In this document: positions 1 to 9,796 of the stretch, one piece after another | Layout: the number at the start of each line of letters is the position of its first letter | How positions within the stretch are numbered: position 1 is the first letter of the stretch | Origin: Alphaproteobacteria bacterium | Lineage (GTDB): Bacteria; Pseudomonadota; Alphaproteobacteria; GCA-2731375 | Length of the DNA: 64,000 nucleotides | Direction of reading: 5' to 3' | NCBI GenBank assembly: GCA_965225945.1 | Contig: CBDDBZ010000030.1 | Location: 64,001 to 128,000 of the forward strand | Position numbers and translations under genes: made by a program | Notes under the pieces: model-generated | The model's database searches: none | What the model was told of the DNA's origin: nothing | What the model saw: only the letters and a program-made list of their open reading frames with translations

Positions 1-1027
1 CCGGTTCGGTCAACTGCGAGGCTTCGTCCCGCATGCCGGCCGGCTCGAACTGGCTGACCACCTGGTCGTACTTGATGTTGGCGTCGGAATATTGCTGGTA
101 GTAGGCCAGCAGTTCCTTCCAGGGCGAGGCCAGGTCCTTGTGCGCGGCGATCGCCGCCACCAGCGTGCCGATCTCCAATTCGCGCTGGATTACCAGGTAA
201 CCGCCGATCGAATAGAAGAAGAAAGGACCCAATTGCTGGATGAAGTTGTTCAGGAACTTGATGACGAACTTCTGCCGGTAGATCCGGTAGCGGACGTCGA
301 AGATGGCGTGGAGCTGGTTGGCGAAGTGGGATAGGGCGAGGCGCGCGCCGTCATGGGCCCGGATCTCCTGCACCCCCTGCACGGTCTCTCCGATGCGTTC
401 GGAAAGCCGGCGCACGCGGCGCACCCGCTCCTTGCCGAGCTGATTGACGCGGCGCTGAAGCTTCGGGATCAGCCAGACCTGCAGCGGATAGAGCATGACC
501 GCCGCGAGCGCCATCCGCCAATCCTGGATGAAGAGGAAGGCCAGGATGGTGAGCAGCGTTCCGCCCTGGAAGGCCGGCTGCGAGAAGGCGTTGCCGATGA
601 AGCCGCCCAAGGGCTCCACCTCCTGCGAGATCATCGGGATGATCTCGCCCTGGCTTATCTTGCGGAAGGTCGGGAGCGGAAAGCGCAAAATCCGCGAATA
701 GAGGTCGTAGCGCAGCCGGCGGAGCATGCGCTCGCCGGTCAGGCCCCTGTAAACGTTGATGACGTACTTGAAGCTCTGGTTGATGATCACCAGCACCAGG
801 AAGGCGGCGCACAGCATGAAGAGGAAGGTGACCTGGTCGACCTCGATGCCCGAGACGATCTCATAGGGGAAGTTGACCGAGCGGCCGCCGATCGCCTCGT
901 TGATGATCAGCTTCGGCAGTTCGTAAAACAGGTAGAGGAAGGGGAAGGACGCCGCCGCCAGCACCGTCAAGATGATCTGTTGCGGTTTGCTGTAGCGCAG
1001 AACGTAGCGTAAGACCGACTTTTCCAT
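1..1027 (-). CDS. ABC exporter, N-terminal transmembrane domain (partial, runs off the window start)
   Basis: Hand translation from ATG 1027: MEKSVLRYVLRYSKPQQIILTVLAAASFPFLYLFYELPKLIINEAIG...GERMLRRLRYDLYSRILRFPLP...QLGPFFFYSIGGYLVIQRELEIGTLVAAIAAHKDLASPWKELL. No stop before position 1; ABC_membrane-type helices. Missing from the ORF track because it is open-ended. Confidence 0.85.
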   Translation of the reverse strand, partial: MEKSVLRYVLRYSKPQQIILTVLAAASFPFLYLFYELPKLIINEAIGGRSVNFPYEIVSGIEVDQVTFLFMLCAAFLVLVIINQSFKYVINVYRGLTGERMLRRLRYDLYSRILRFPLPTFRKISQGEIIPMISQEVEPLGGFIGNAFSQPAFQGGTLLTILAFLFIQDWRMALAAVMLYPLQVWLIPKLQRRVNQLGKERVRRVRRLSERIGETVQGVQEIRAHDGARLALSHFANQLHAIFDVRYRIYRQKFVIKFLNNFIQQLGPFFFYSIGGYLVIQRELEIGTLVAAIAAHKDLASPWKELLAYYQQYSDANIKYDQVVSQFEPAGMRDEASQLTEP

Positions 1028-1188
1028 GGCTACGATACGTCGTCCGCGCCCAAGGTGCCCCCTCGGATTCCGCCCGCACTCTACCGGTTGATCGGCAAGA
1101 CTGCAAAGTAACTAAACCGCTTCAGAAAGTGTTTCCGAGACAACGAGGCCTATGCCATAGTCGCGACCAAGAATTAGGGGATCGCGGT

Positions 1189-2448
1189 ATGGGCACCGAC
1201 AAGGTCGGCTCGCGCGTGCTCATCTACAGTCACGACACCTTCGGGCTCGGCCACTTGCGCCGTTGCCGGACCATCGCGCATGCGCTCGTCGAGCGGTTTC
1301 GCAATATCTCGGTGCTGATTCTCTCCGGCTCGCCGATCATCGGCAGCTTCGACTTTCGCTCCCGCGTCGATTTCGTCCGCGTGCCGGGCGTGGTCAAGCT
1401 CAGGAACGGCGAATACACCCCCCTCAACCTGCATATCGACATCGACGAGATGCTGACCATGCGGGCGGAGATCATCCGCCACACGGCCGAGATCTTCGCC
1501 CCCGACGTGTTCATCGTCGACAAGGAACCGTTGGGCCTCAGGGGCGAGGTCGGGCCGACGCTTGCGCTGTTGCGCGAGAAGGGCACACGGCTGGTGCTCG
1601 GCTTGCGCGACGTGATGGACGAACCGCGCAGCCTCGCGCCCGAGTGGCAGCGCAAGAACGTGATGCCGGCGTTGCGCGACCTGTACGACGAAATCTGGGT
1701 CTACGGCCTGCCGCAGATCTGCGATCCGTTGGAGGGCATCGAGCTGTCGAAGCAGGTGCGTCGCAAGATGGTCTACACCGGCTATCTGGAGCGTACGGTG
1801 CCGAGCCCCGGCGCCAACACCATCTTGCCGAAGATGGTCGAGAATCCGTACATCCTGGTCACTACCGGCGGTGGCGGTGACGGCGAGGGACTGATCGAAT
1901 GGGTGCTGCGCGCCTACGAGAGCGATCATCCGCAGATTTACCCGGCTTTCCTGGTGTTGGGTCCGTTCATGCAACCGGAGCGACGGGCTGAATTCATGGC
2001 CCGGGTGGCGCGTCTCGACAATGTCGAGGCGATCACCTTCGATGCCCATATCGAGACCTTGGAGGCGAACGCGGTCGGCGTCGTCGCCATGGGCGGTTAC
2101 AACACCTTCTGCGAGATCCTGAGCCTCGATAAGCGAGCCTTGATCGTGCCCCGGACGGAGCCACGATTCGAACAGTGGATCCGGGTCAGCCGGGCCGAGG
2201 AGTTGGGCCTCGTCCGGATGCTGGAGGACGATGGCGCCTACGATGCCGGCACGATGGCCAAGGCCCTGCTGCAATTGCCTTATCAGAACAAACCCTCGGA
2301 CATCGTCGTACCCGGCCTGCTCGAGGGGTTGGAGAACGTCGCCCGCCTGATCGGCCCCTGGCTTCCCGGCGCGAGCCTGGTGGAGCCGAATGTCGAGGAT
2401 CGCTTCGCCGTGCCGCCCGGCCGGCGCCAGGTCGCCTCGGGGACCTGA
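1189..2448 (+). CDS. Glycosyltransferase, COG4671/RedA-like (GT-B)
   Basis: YSHDTFGLGHLRR at the N-terminus, LVTTGGGGDG and MGGYNTFCE motifs; ATG 1189 follows AGGGGA. Confidence 0.85.
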   Translation: MGTDKVGSRVLIYSHDTFGLGHLRRCRTIAHALVERFRNISVLILSGSPIIGSFDFRSRVDFVRVPGVVKLRNGEYTPLNLHIDIDEMLTMRAEIIRHTAEIFAPDVFIVDKEPLGLRGEVGPTLALLREKGTRLVLGLRDVMDEPRSLAPEWQRKNVMPALRDLYDEIWVYGLPQICDPLEGIELSKQVRRKMVYTGYLERTVPSPGANTILPKMVENPYILVTTGGGGDGEGLIEWVLRAYESDHPQIYPAFLVLGPFMQPERRAEFMARVARLDNVEAITFDAHIETLEANAVGVVAMGGYNTFCEILSLDKRALIVPRTEPRFEQWIRVSRAEELGLVRMLEDDGAYDAGTMAKALLQLPYQNKPSDIVVPGLLEGLENVARLIGPWLPGASLVEPNVEDRFAVPPGRRQVASGT

Positions 2449-2462
2449 CGGACCCAAGCTCG

Positions 2463-3725
2463 ATGCGCCGGGTCGCCTTCGTTCTCAAGGGCTATCCCAG
2501 ACTCTCGGAAACCTTCATCGCGCAGGAGATACGCGCTCTGGAGCTGCGCGGGCTCGACATTCGCATCATTTCGCTGCGTCATCCGACCGAGAGCGCACGC
2601 CACCCGGTCCACGGCGAGATCCAGGCCGAGGTGTCCTATTTGCCGGAATATCTTTATCAGGAGCCGTTGCGCGTGCTTCGCGCCTGGTGGGCGATGCGGC
2701 GCGAGGCTCGCTACCCGGAGACCCGAGCCCTCTGGCTTCGCGACCTCCGGCGCGACCCGACGCCCAACCGGGTGCGTCGATTCGGCCAGGCCTTGGTGCT
2801 GGCCTGGGAACTGCCGGAAGATATCGATTCTCTGCACGCGCATTTCCTGCACACGCCGGCCTCCGTCACCCGCTACGCCGCTCAGCTGACGTCGCGACCG
2901 TGGAGCTGTTCGGCGCACGCCAAGGACGTCTGGACGACGCCCGAGTGGGAGCTCGCCGAAAAGCTCGCCGAATGTACTTGGCTGGTCACCTGCAACGGAT
3001 CGGCGGAGGCGCGCCTCGCCGCCCTGGCGCCGGCGGCGAACGCCGGCGGGACGGTGTCGCTGATCTATCACGGTTTGGACCTCGCGCGCTTTCCGCCGCC
3101 GCCCGCCGGCGGGCGCGACGCCGACGGTTCACGCGCCGAGGATCCGGTCCGCCTGCTCTCGGTCGGCCGCGCGGTGGCGAAGAAGGGCTACGGCGACTTG
3201 CTGGCCGCGCTGGCTCGATTGCCGGCTGATCTCGCCTGGCGCCTCGAACACATCGGCGGTGGGCCGGAGTTGAAGGCGCTTCGCGCCCGGGCCGAGCGAC
3301 TGGGCCTCGCCTCCCGAATCACTTGGCGCGGCGCCCTGGCGCAGGCCGAGGTGCTGGAGGCCTATCGCCGGGCGGATCTCTTCGTTCTCGCCAGCCGCAT
3401 CGCCGCTTCGGGCGACCGCGACGGTCTGCCGAACGTATTGATGGAAGCGCAGAGCCAGGCGGTCGCCTGCTTGGCGAGCGCGGTCGCCGGCATCCCGGAA
3501 CTGATCCGCGACGGCGAAACCGGCCGCCTGGTGCCACCCGAACGGGTCGACGACCTGGCAGGAGCGCTCGAGGCGCTGATCCGCGACCCCGATGCCCGCC
3601 GTCGCCTGGGGCGCGCGGGTCAGGCCCGCCTGGTGGGCGAGTTCGACGCCGATCCCTGGCTCGATCGGCTGGCCGAGCGCTTCGCCCTGGTGGCGAGGGA
3701 AGCGACGAGACGGGCCCGGGCCTGA
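2463..3725 (+). CDS. Glycosyltransferase family 4 (RedB/WcaL-like)
   Basis: KGYPRLSETFI, HAHFLHTP, SAHAKD, GRAVAKKG and DGLPNVLMEA motifs. Confidence 0.9.
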   Translation: MRRVAFVLKGYPRLSETFIAQEIRALELRGLDIRIISLRHPTESARHPVHGEIQAEVSYLPEYLYQEPLRVLRAWWAMRREARYPETRALWLRDLRRDPTPNRVRRFGQALVLAWELPEDIDSLHAHFLHTPASVTRYAAQLTSRPWSCSAHAKDVWTTPEWELAEKLAECTWLVTCNGSAEARLAALAPAANAGGTVSLIYHGLDLARFPPPPAGGRDADGSRAEDPVRLLSVGRAVAKKGYGDLLAALARLPADLAWRLEHIGGGPELKALRARAERLGLASRITWRGALAQAEVLEAYRRADLFVLASRIAASGDRDGLPNVLMEAQSQAVACLASAVAGIPELIRDGETGRLVPPERVDDLAGALEALIRDPDARRRLGRAGQARLVGEFDADPWLDRLAERFALVAREATRRARA

Positions 3726-3729
3726 CCCG

Positions 3730-4875
3730 GTGACGCCCGTGCGGATCGCCTTCCACGCGCCGCTGAAGCCGCCCGACCATCCGACCCCCTCGGGCGACCG
3801 AGGGATGGCGCGTCTGTTGATCCGGGCGCTCGGCGCGGCCGGCCACGAGGTCGAGGTGGCGAGCCGGCTGCGCGCCTATGATGGCCGAGGCGTGCCGCGT
3901 ATTCAGGCGGCGATCCGCGACGTCGCGCGCACCCGCGCCGAGCGCTGGCTGGAGCAGGTGGCGGCGGGCGCCCGGCCTCGGCCGGACCTCTGGTTCACCT
4001 ATCACCTCTATCACAAGGCACCGGATTGGCTGGGGCCGCGGATAGCGGCCGGCCTCGGGGTGCCCTATGTGGTGGCCGAAGCTTCGCACGCGCCGAAGCG
4101 GGCCGGCGGGCCCTGGGACATCGGCTACCGCCAGGCGGAAGCGGCGATCCGCGCCGCCGACAGGGTGCTTTGCCTGACGCGCCTCGACATGGCCTGCGTC
4201 GCGCCGCTGCTGGCGGAGCCGGAACGGCTAGTCCGCCTGCCGCCTTTCATCGATCTCGAACCCTACGCCCGGGCGCTCGCCGATGCGCCGCGCGCCAGGG
4301 CCGAGGTGGCCCGCGCGCACGGACTCGATCCGGCGGTGCCCTGGTTGCTGGCCGTCGCTATGATGCGGCCGGGCGACAAGCTCGCCTCCTACCAACGGCT
4401 CGCCGCCGCGCTCGCCCGGCTCGCCGCGCGCGAGTGGCGATTGCTGGTCGTCGGCGACGGCCCGGCCAGGGGCGAGGTGCGCCGGGCGCTCGCGCCGCTT
4501 CGCCGCGTCGTGTCGTATCTGGGCGCGCTCCCGGCCGAGGCGCTGCCGCGCGTCTATGCCGCCTCGGATCTCTATCTCTGGCCGGGCGTGGGGGAGGCCT
4601 ACGGAATGGCATTCCTGGAAGCGCAGGCGGCGGGTCTCGCGGTCGTCGCCGGGCGGGAACGCGGCATCCCCGACGTGGTGCGCGACGGCGAGACCGGGGT
4701 GCTGACGCCGCCCGGCGACGATCGCGCCTTCGCCGAGACGGTCTGGGCCTTGCTGGCGGATTCCGCGCGGCGGCGCGCGATGGGACGCCGGGCGACGGCC
4801 TGGGTGGCGGCGGAACGCGACATCGCGGCGACGGCGCGGCGGCTCGACGACGCGTTGGCGGGGCTGGTGGCGTGA
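3730..4875 (+). CDS. Glycosyltransferase family 4
   Basis: RIAFHAPLKPPDHPTPSGDR start and EAYGMAFLEAQ (Ex7E) motif; GTG start at 3730 or 3739. Confidence 0.85.
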   Translation: MTPVRIAFHAPLKPPDHPTPSGDRGMARLLIRALGAAGHEVEVASRLRAYDGRGVPRIQAAIRDVARTRAERWLEQVAAGARPRPDLWFTYHLYHKAPDWLGPRIAAGLGVPYVVAEASHAPKRAGGPWDIGYRQAEAAIRAADRVLCLTRLDMACVAPLLAEPERLVRLPPFIDLEPYARALADAPRARAEVARAHGLDPAVPWLLAVAMMRPGDKLASYQRLAAALARLAAREWRLLVVGDGPARGEVRRALAPLRRVVSYLGALPAEALPRVYAASDLYLWPGVGEAYGMAFLEAQAAGLAVVAGRERGIPDVVRDGETGVLTPPGDDRAFAETVWALLADSARRRAMGRRATAWVAAERDIAATARRLDDALAGLVA

Positions 4876-5462
4876 CCCGCGTCGCCTTCCTCCGCCACGC
4901 CCCCACGACCTGGAACCAGGAGGGCCGGTTGCAGGGCCGCGCCGACCTGCCGCTCGCGCCGGAAGGTCGGGCGGGTCTCGCCGGGTGCCGGGTGCCGGCC
5001 GCGCTCGACGGCGCGCAGTGGCACGTCAGTCCGCTGACGCGGGCGCGCCAGACGGCGGCGCTGCTGGGCCATGGCGAGGCGGCCGTGGAGCCGGCCCTGA
5101 TCGAGATCGACTATGGTGAATTCGAGGGCGCGCGCCTCGCCGATCTCCGTGCCCGCCTGGGCCCGGAGATGACGGCGAACGAGGCCCGCGGCCTCGATTT
5201 CCGCCCGCCCGGCGGGGAAAGCCCGCGCGAGGTGCGCCGCCGCGTCGCCGCCTGGCTCGCGCAGCTCGCGGCGGTGGGCGGCCATCACGTCGCGGTCACC
5301 CACAAGACGGTCATCCGGAGCGTGCTCTCCCTCGCCCTCGACTGGGACATGGTGCGCAAGCAGCCGGTCCGGCTGAACTGGCGCCGGCTGCACCTCTTCA
5401 CCCTTGACGCCGACGGCCGGCCCGTGCCCTTTCGCCTCGACCTACCCCTGGAGCGGCGATGA
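4872..5462 (+). CDS. Histidine phosphatase (phosphoglycerate mutase family)
   Basis: RHAPTTWN, SPLTRARQTA, LIEIDYGEFEG, GGES and VTHK motifs; GTGA overlap with the upstream stop. Confidence 0.9.
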   Translation: MTRVAFLRHAPTTWNQEGRLQGRADLPLAPEGRAGLAGCRVPAALDGAQWHVSPLTRARQTAALLGHGEAAVEPALIEIDYGEFEGARLADLRARLGPEMTANEARGLDFRPPGGESPREVRRRVAAWLAQLAAVGGHHVAVTHKTVIRSVLSLALDWDMVRKQPVRLNWRRLHLFTLDADGRPVPFRLDLPLERR

Positions 5463-6619
5463 ACCGGGCGCGGATCTTCTTCTACGTGCAGCATCTGCTC
5501 GGCATCGGCCATCTGCGACGGGCGACGACGCTCGCTCGGGCGCTCGCCGCCGCCGGCCACGACGTGCGCCTGGTCTCCGGCGGCATGGCGATCGCGAGCC
5601 GCGAGCTGGATGGCATCGAGTTCATGCAACTACCGGCGGTGATGGCCACCGACATGAGCTTCAAGACGCTCCTCGACGCCGACGGCCGAGCGATAGACGA
5701 TGCCTGGCGAGAGGCGCGGCAGCGGCGCCTGCTCGCCATGTTCGATTCGGTGGCACCGGACCTGCTGCTGTTCGAGCTCTTTCCATTCGGCCGCTGGGGC
5801 ATGCGCTTCGAATTGCTGCCGCTGCTGGACGCGGCGGCGGCGGCGCGGCCGCGGCCCCTGGTCGTGAGCTCGGTCCGCGACATCCTGGTCGCGAAGTCGA
5901 AGCCGGCGCGCTACGTTCAAATGGTCGATCTGGCCGAGCGTCACTTCGACCATGTGTTGGTGCACGGCGACGCGGCGGTGGTGCCGCTCTTTCGGACCCT
6001 GCCGCAGGCCCGCCGCATCTCCGAGCGGGTGCATCACACCGGCTACGTGGTCGACGTGGGCGGGCGCCGAGGCGGGCCCGGCGACGACGGTTGGGACGAG
6101 GTCGTGGTCTCGGCGGGCGGCGGGCGGGTCGGGCGCCGATTGCTCGAGACCGCGATTGCCGCCCGCCCCCAAACGCCCTTTGCCGACAAGCGCTGGCGGG
6201 TGCTGGTCGGCTACCACGTCGACCAGACGGATTTCCGGGAATTTCGGGCGCTGGCGAGCGAAGGGGTGATCGTCGAGCGGGCGCGGGCCGATTTCCCGAG
6301 CCTGCTGATGAATTGCGCGCTCTCGATCTCGCAAGGCGGCTACAACACGGTGATGGAGGCGCTTCGGGCCGGGTGCCGCATCGTGATCTCGCCCTATGCC
6401 GGGGCAGAGGAGAACGAGCAGACGCTGCGCGCCGAATTGCTGGCGGCCCGGGGCGCGCTACACACGATCGCCGAGGACGGACTGACGCCGGCTCGATTGG
6501 CCGAAGTCGTGCGCCGAGCCGCCGAGACGCCGCCGCCCGGAGAACTCGGCATCGACACCGACGGCGCCGGGACCACCGTCCGTCTGATCGCCGAATGGCT
6601 CGACGCGCGGAGCGGCTGA
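5459..6619 (+). CDS. Glycosyltransferase, COG4671-like (GT-B)
   Basis: YVQHLLGIGHLRR, SAGGGRVG and SQGGYNTVME motifs; ATGA overlap. Confidence 0.85.
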   Translation: MNRARIFFYVQHLLGIGHLRRATTLARALAAAGHDVRLVSGGMAIASRELDGIEFMQLPAVMATDMSFKTLLDADGRAIDDAWREARQRRLLAMFDSVAPDLLLFELFPFGRWGMRFELLPLLDAAAAARPRPLVVSSVRDILVAKSKPARYVQMVDLAERHFDHVLVHGDAAVVPLFRTLPQARRISERVHHTGYVVDVGGRRGGPGDDGWDEVVVSAGGGRVGRRLLETAIAARPQTPFADKRWRVLVGYHVDQTDFREFRALASEGVIVERARADFPSLLMNCALSISQGGYNTVMEALRAGCRIVISPYAGAEENEQTLRAELLAARGALHTIAEDGLTPARLAEVVRRAAETPPPGELGIDTDGAGTTVRLIAEWLDARSG

Positions 6620-6620
6620 G

Positions 6621-7388
6621 ATGACGGGGTGGGCGGCGCTCGATGCCGAGCTCGAGGCCTGGCGCGACGCCGGAGATAGGCCGACCTTCTGGTGGCGCGA
6701 CGATGACGCGGGCCGGCCGGGCGAGGCGCTCGAACGCCTGCTCGAGCTGGGCGCGCGATGGGAGGTACCGCTGGCGCTGGCCGTGGTGCCGGCCGACTGT
6801 GGCCGGCCGTTGGCGGAACGGCTCGCGAAGGCGCCCGACGTCGCGGTCCTGCCGCACGGTCTCGGCCATTTGAACCACGCGCCCGAGGGCGCGAAGAAGG
6901 CGGAGTTCGGAGCCCATCGCCCGCTCTTCGAGCTGCTGGGCGACGTCGCCACGGGCTGGAACCGAACCCGTCTGCTGTTCGCCGCCAAGGCGCTTCCCGT
7001 CTTCGTCCCGCCGTGGAACCGGCTGGCGCCCTCGCTGGTGCCACGTCTCGCCGACGCCGGCCTCCGGGGTCTCTCGCGTTTCGGTCCCAGGGCGGCGGCG
7101 CTGGCCGCGCCCGGTATCGTCGCGTGCAATTGCCATCTCGACCTCCTCGCTTGGCGCGGGAATCGCGGTTTCGTCGGCGAGGCGGAGGCGCTGGCGGCCG
7201 TGGTGGAACATCTTTCGGGTCGTCGCGAAGGGCGCTTCGATTCCGCGGAGCCGACCGGCGTCATGAGCCATCATCTAGCTCACGACGAGGGCTGCTGGCG
7301 GTTCCTGGGCCGACTGTTCGAACACCTCCGGAAGGGCGGCGTTGGGCGCTGGTTATCGGCGGTGGAAGCCTTTAACGTGCCGCCATGA
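6621..7388 (+). CDS. Polysaccharide deacetylase (CE4-like)
   Basis: WWRDDDA, HGLGH, FVPPWNR and MSHH motifs. Confidence 0.8.
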   Translation: MTGWAALDAELEAWRDAGDRPTFWWRDDDAGRPGEALERLLELGARWEVPLALAVVPADCGRPLAERLAKAPDVAVLPHGLGHLNHAPEGAKKAEFGAHRPLFELLGDVATGWNRTRLLFAAKALPVFVPPWNRLAPSLVPRLADAGLRGLSRFGPRAAALAAPGIVACNCHLDLLAWRGNRGFVGEAEALAAVVEHLSGRREGRFDSAEPTGVMSHHLAHDEGCWRFLGRLFEHLRKGGVGRWLSAVEAFNVPP

Positions 7389-7873
7389 GCCTGCACCTTT
7401 ACCCGACGCGCAGTCTGCTCGCGGACTATGCGAGGGCGGCGCTCGGCGTCACCATCACCGCGGTTCCGCTGATCGTATCCGGCGGCTTCGGCGTCGTCGC
7501 CGCGATCGTGCTGGCTTTGATGGCGGTCTTCGTGGTTTACGGTTTGCGCACGGCGCTGCGCCAATTGACGCGGATCGAAGTCTCCGACATCGGTATCCGC
7601 GCACTCGGCCCGATCGGCCGGGCGATCACCTGGGACGACGTGCGCGAGGTCCGCTTACGCTACTACTCCACTCGGCGCGACCGGCGAAAGGGTTGGCTGC
7701 AACTCAAGGTCAGGGGACCGGGCGGCTCGATCGGCATGGATTCGCAGCTCGACGACTTCGAGACGGTACTGAACGCGGTGATGCGCGCGGCCTCGACGCG
7801 GGGCATCGCATCCGACCCGACGACGCTGGAGAACCTCAAGCTGTTCGAGGAACGCCGGGACAGCCTCGCATGA
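7385..7873 (+). CDS. Hypothetical membrane protein (2 TM plus PH-like soluble part)
   Basis: Two hydrophobic helices, then ITWDDVREVRLRYY; ATGA overlaps on both sides. Confidence 0.7.
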   Translation: MSLHLYPTRSLLADYARAALGVTITAVPLIVSGGFGVVAAIVLALMAVFVVYGLRTALRQLTRIEVSDIGIRALGPIGRAITWDDVREVRLRYYSTRRDRRKGWLQLKVRGPGGSIGMDSQLDDFETVLNAVMRAASTRGIASDPTTLENLKLFEERRDSLA

Positions 7874-9750
7874 GCGAGGTGCTCCGAATCGAGGATCTGG
7901 CGGTCGAGTTCCGTGTCGCCGAAGGCGTCATCCGGGCGGTCAACGGCGTCTCCTTCTCGGTGCCGCGCGGCGGCACGGTGGCGTTGGTGGGCGAATCCGG
8001 CTCGGGCAAGACCGTGGTCAGCCAGTCGGTGCTCAGAATTTTGCCGAAGGTCGCGCGAATCAGTCGGGGCCGGATCCTGTTCGACGATCCGGGTCGTGAC
8101 GGCCCGCCCGTCGACCTCGCCGCGCTGCCGGCCGACGGCCGCGAGATGCGGACCATCCGGGGCGACAGCATCTCGATCATCTTCCAGGAGCCGATGACCT
8201 CGCTTTCGCCACTCCACACGGTGGGCAACCAGATCGGCGAGGCGCTGTTGTTGCATCGCGACATGGACGCAGCCGGCGCGCGTGAGATGACCGTCGATAT
8301 GCTGCATCTGGTGAGTTTCCCGGAGCCGGAGCGGGCGATCCATAAATATCCCTTCGAGCTCTCCGGCGGCCTGCGCCAGCGGGCGATGATCGCGATGGCG
8401 CTGATCTGCCGACCGTCCCTGCTGATCGCCGACGAACCGACCACCGCCCTCGACGTCACCATTCAGGCGCAGATCCTGAAGCTGATGAACGACCTGCAGG
8501 CCGAGCTCGGCATGGCGGTGCTGATGATCACCCACGATCTGGGCGTGGTGGCCAACGTCGCCGACGAGGTCGTGGTGATGTACCACGGCCAGATCATGGA
8601 GAAGGGGGGGCTGGAGGACCTCTTCCGCGACCCCCGCCATCCCTACATGAAGGCGCTGCTGAGGGCGGTGCCGCGCTTCGGCATGAAGTCGGGCGAGCGG
8701 CTGGTGCCGCTTCGCGCCATCGAAGCCCAGGCTGGTGCGCTGCTGAAGCGCAAGGAGGTCGCCCCGCCTTGCGCCGACGACCGGCCGCTGCTCGACATCC
8801 AGGGTCTGAGCAAGACCTTCACCACCCGCCGGCGGAGCCTTTTCGGTAGCCGCGCCGCCGGCCGTCAGCTCGCCATCGACAATGTCAGCTTCCACATCGA
8901 TCGCGGCGAGTGTCTGGGCCTGGTGGGCGAGAGCGGCTGCGGCAAGACCACCACGTCGAAGATCATCATGCGGGCGATCGCGCCGGATGCGGGCGAAGTC
9001 AGTTTCAACGGTTCCGACGGCGAATCGGACGTCCTGGCGCTGCAGGGGGAACGGCTGTTTCGGTATCGCCGGCAGGTCCAGTTCATCTTCCAGGACCCGT
9101 TCAGCTCGCTCAACCCCCGGATGACGGTCTACGACATCATCGCCGAGCCGCTGCTGATCCACGAGATCGGCGACCGGGCCGAGCGGGCCGAGCGGGTCAA
9201 GGAGCTGATGAACCTGGTCGGCCTCGATCCCAGGTTTCTCCGGCGCTATCCGCACAGCTTCTCCGGCGGGCAGCGGCAACGGATCGGCATCGCCCGGGCG
9301 CTGGCGCTGCAGCCGGAGATGCTGATCTGCGACGAGCCGGTCTCCGCCCTCGACGTCAGCGTGCAGGCACAGGTCCTCAACCTGCTGAAGGACCTGCAGG
9401 ACGAGTTGGGTCTGACGTATCTCTTCATCTCGCACAATCTGGCGGTGGTCGACTACGTCGCCAAGCGGATCGCCGTGATGTGCGCCGGGCGGGTGGTCGA
9501 GATCGCGCCGCGCGAGGTTCTTTTCCGCGATCCGGTGCACCCCTATACCAGGGCGCTGCTCGCCGCCGTGCCCAAGGCCGATCCCGGCGCCCGGCTCGAC
9601 CTCACGGCGCTGATGCAGGGCAAGGCCTCCGACCCCGGCGCCTGGCCGGCGCCATTCACACTGGACGAATCGATTCACGTGGATATGATCGACCTCGGCG
9701 AGGACCACCATGTCCGCGCCCAAGAAAAACCGGAAGGCTACGGGTCCTAA
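7870..9750 (+). CDS. Opp/Dpp-type ABC transporter ATP-binding protein with two fused NBDs
   Basis: Two Walker A motifs (GESGSGKT, GESGCGKT), signatures LSGGLRQR and FSGGQRQR, DEP Walker B; true start ATG 7870. Confidence 0.95.
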   Translation: MSEVLRIEDLAVEFRVAEGVIRAVNGVSFSVPRGGTVALVGESGSGKTVVSQSVLRILPKVARISRGRILFDDPGRDGPPVDLAALPADGREMRTIRGDSISIIFQEPMTSLSPLHTVGNQIGEALLLHRDMDAAGAREMTVDMLHLVSFPEPERAIHKYPFELSGGLRQRAMIAMALICRPSLLIADEPTTALDVTIQAQILKLMNDLQAELGMAVLMITHDLGVVANVADEVVVMYHGQIMEKGGLEDLFRDPRHPYMKALLRAVPRFGMKSGERLVPLRAIEAQAGALLKRKEVAPPCADDRPLLDIQGLSKTFTTRRRSLFGSRAAGRQLAIDNVSFHIDRGECLGLVGESGCGKTTTSKIIMRAIAPDAGEVSFNGSDGESDVLALQGERLFRYRRQVQFIFQDPFSSLNPRMTVYDIIAEPLLIHEIGDRAERAERVKELMNLVGLDPRFLRRYPHSFSGGQRQRIGIARALALQPEMLICDEPVSALDVSVQAQVLNLLKDLQDELGLTYLFISHNLAVVDYVAKRIAVMCAGRVVEIAPREVLFRDPVHPYTRALLAAVPKADPGARLDLTALMQGKASDPGAWPAPFTLDESIHVDMIDLGEDHHVRAQEKPEGYGS

Positions 9751-9796
9751 CCCTCAACGCCGGAGACGTGACATAATCAGGGGACGCAAGCGGGAC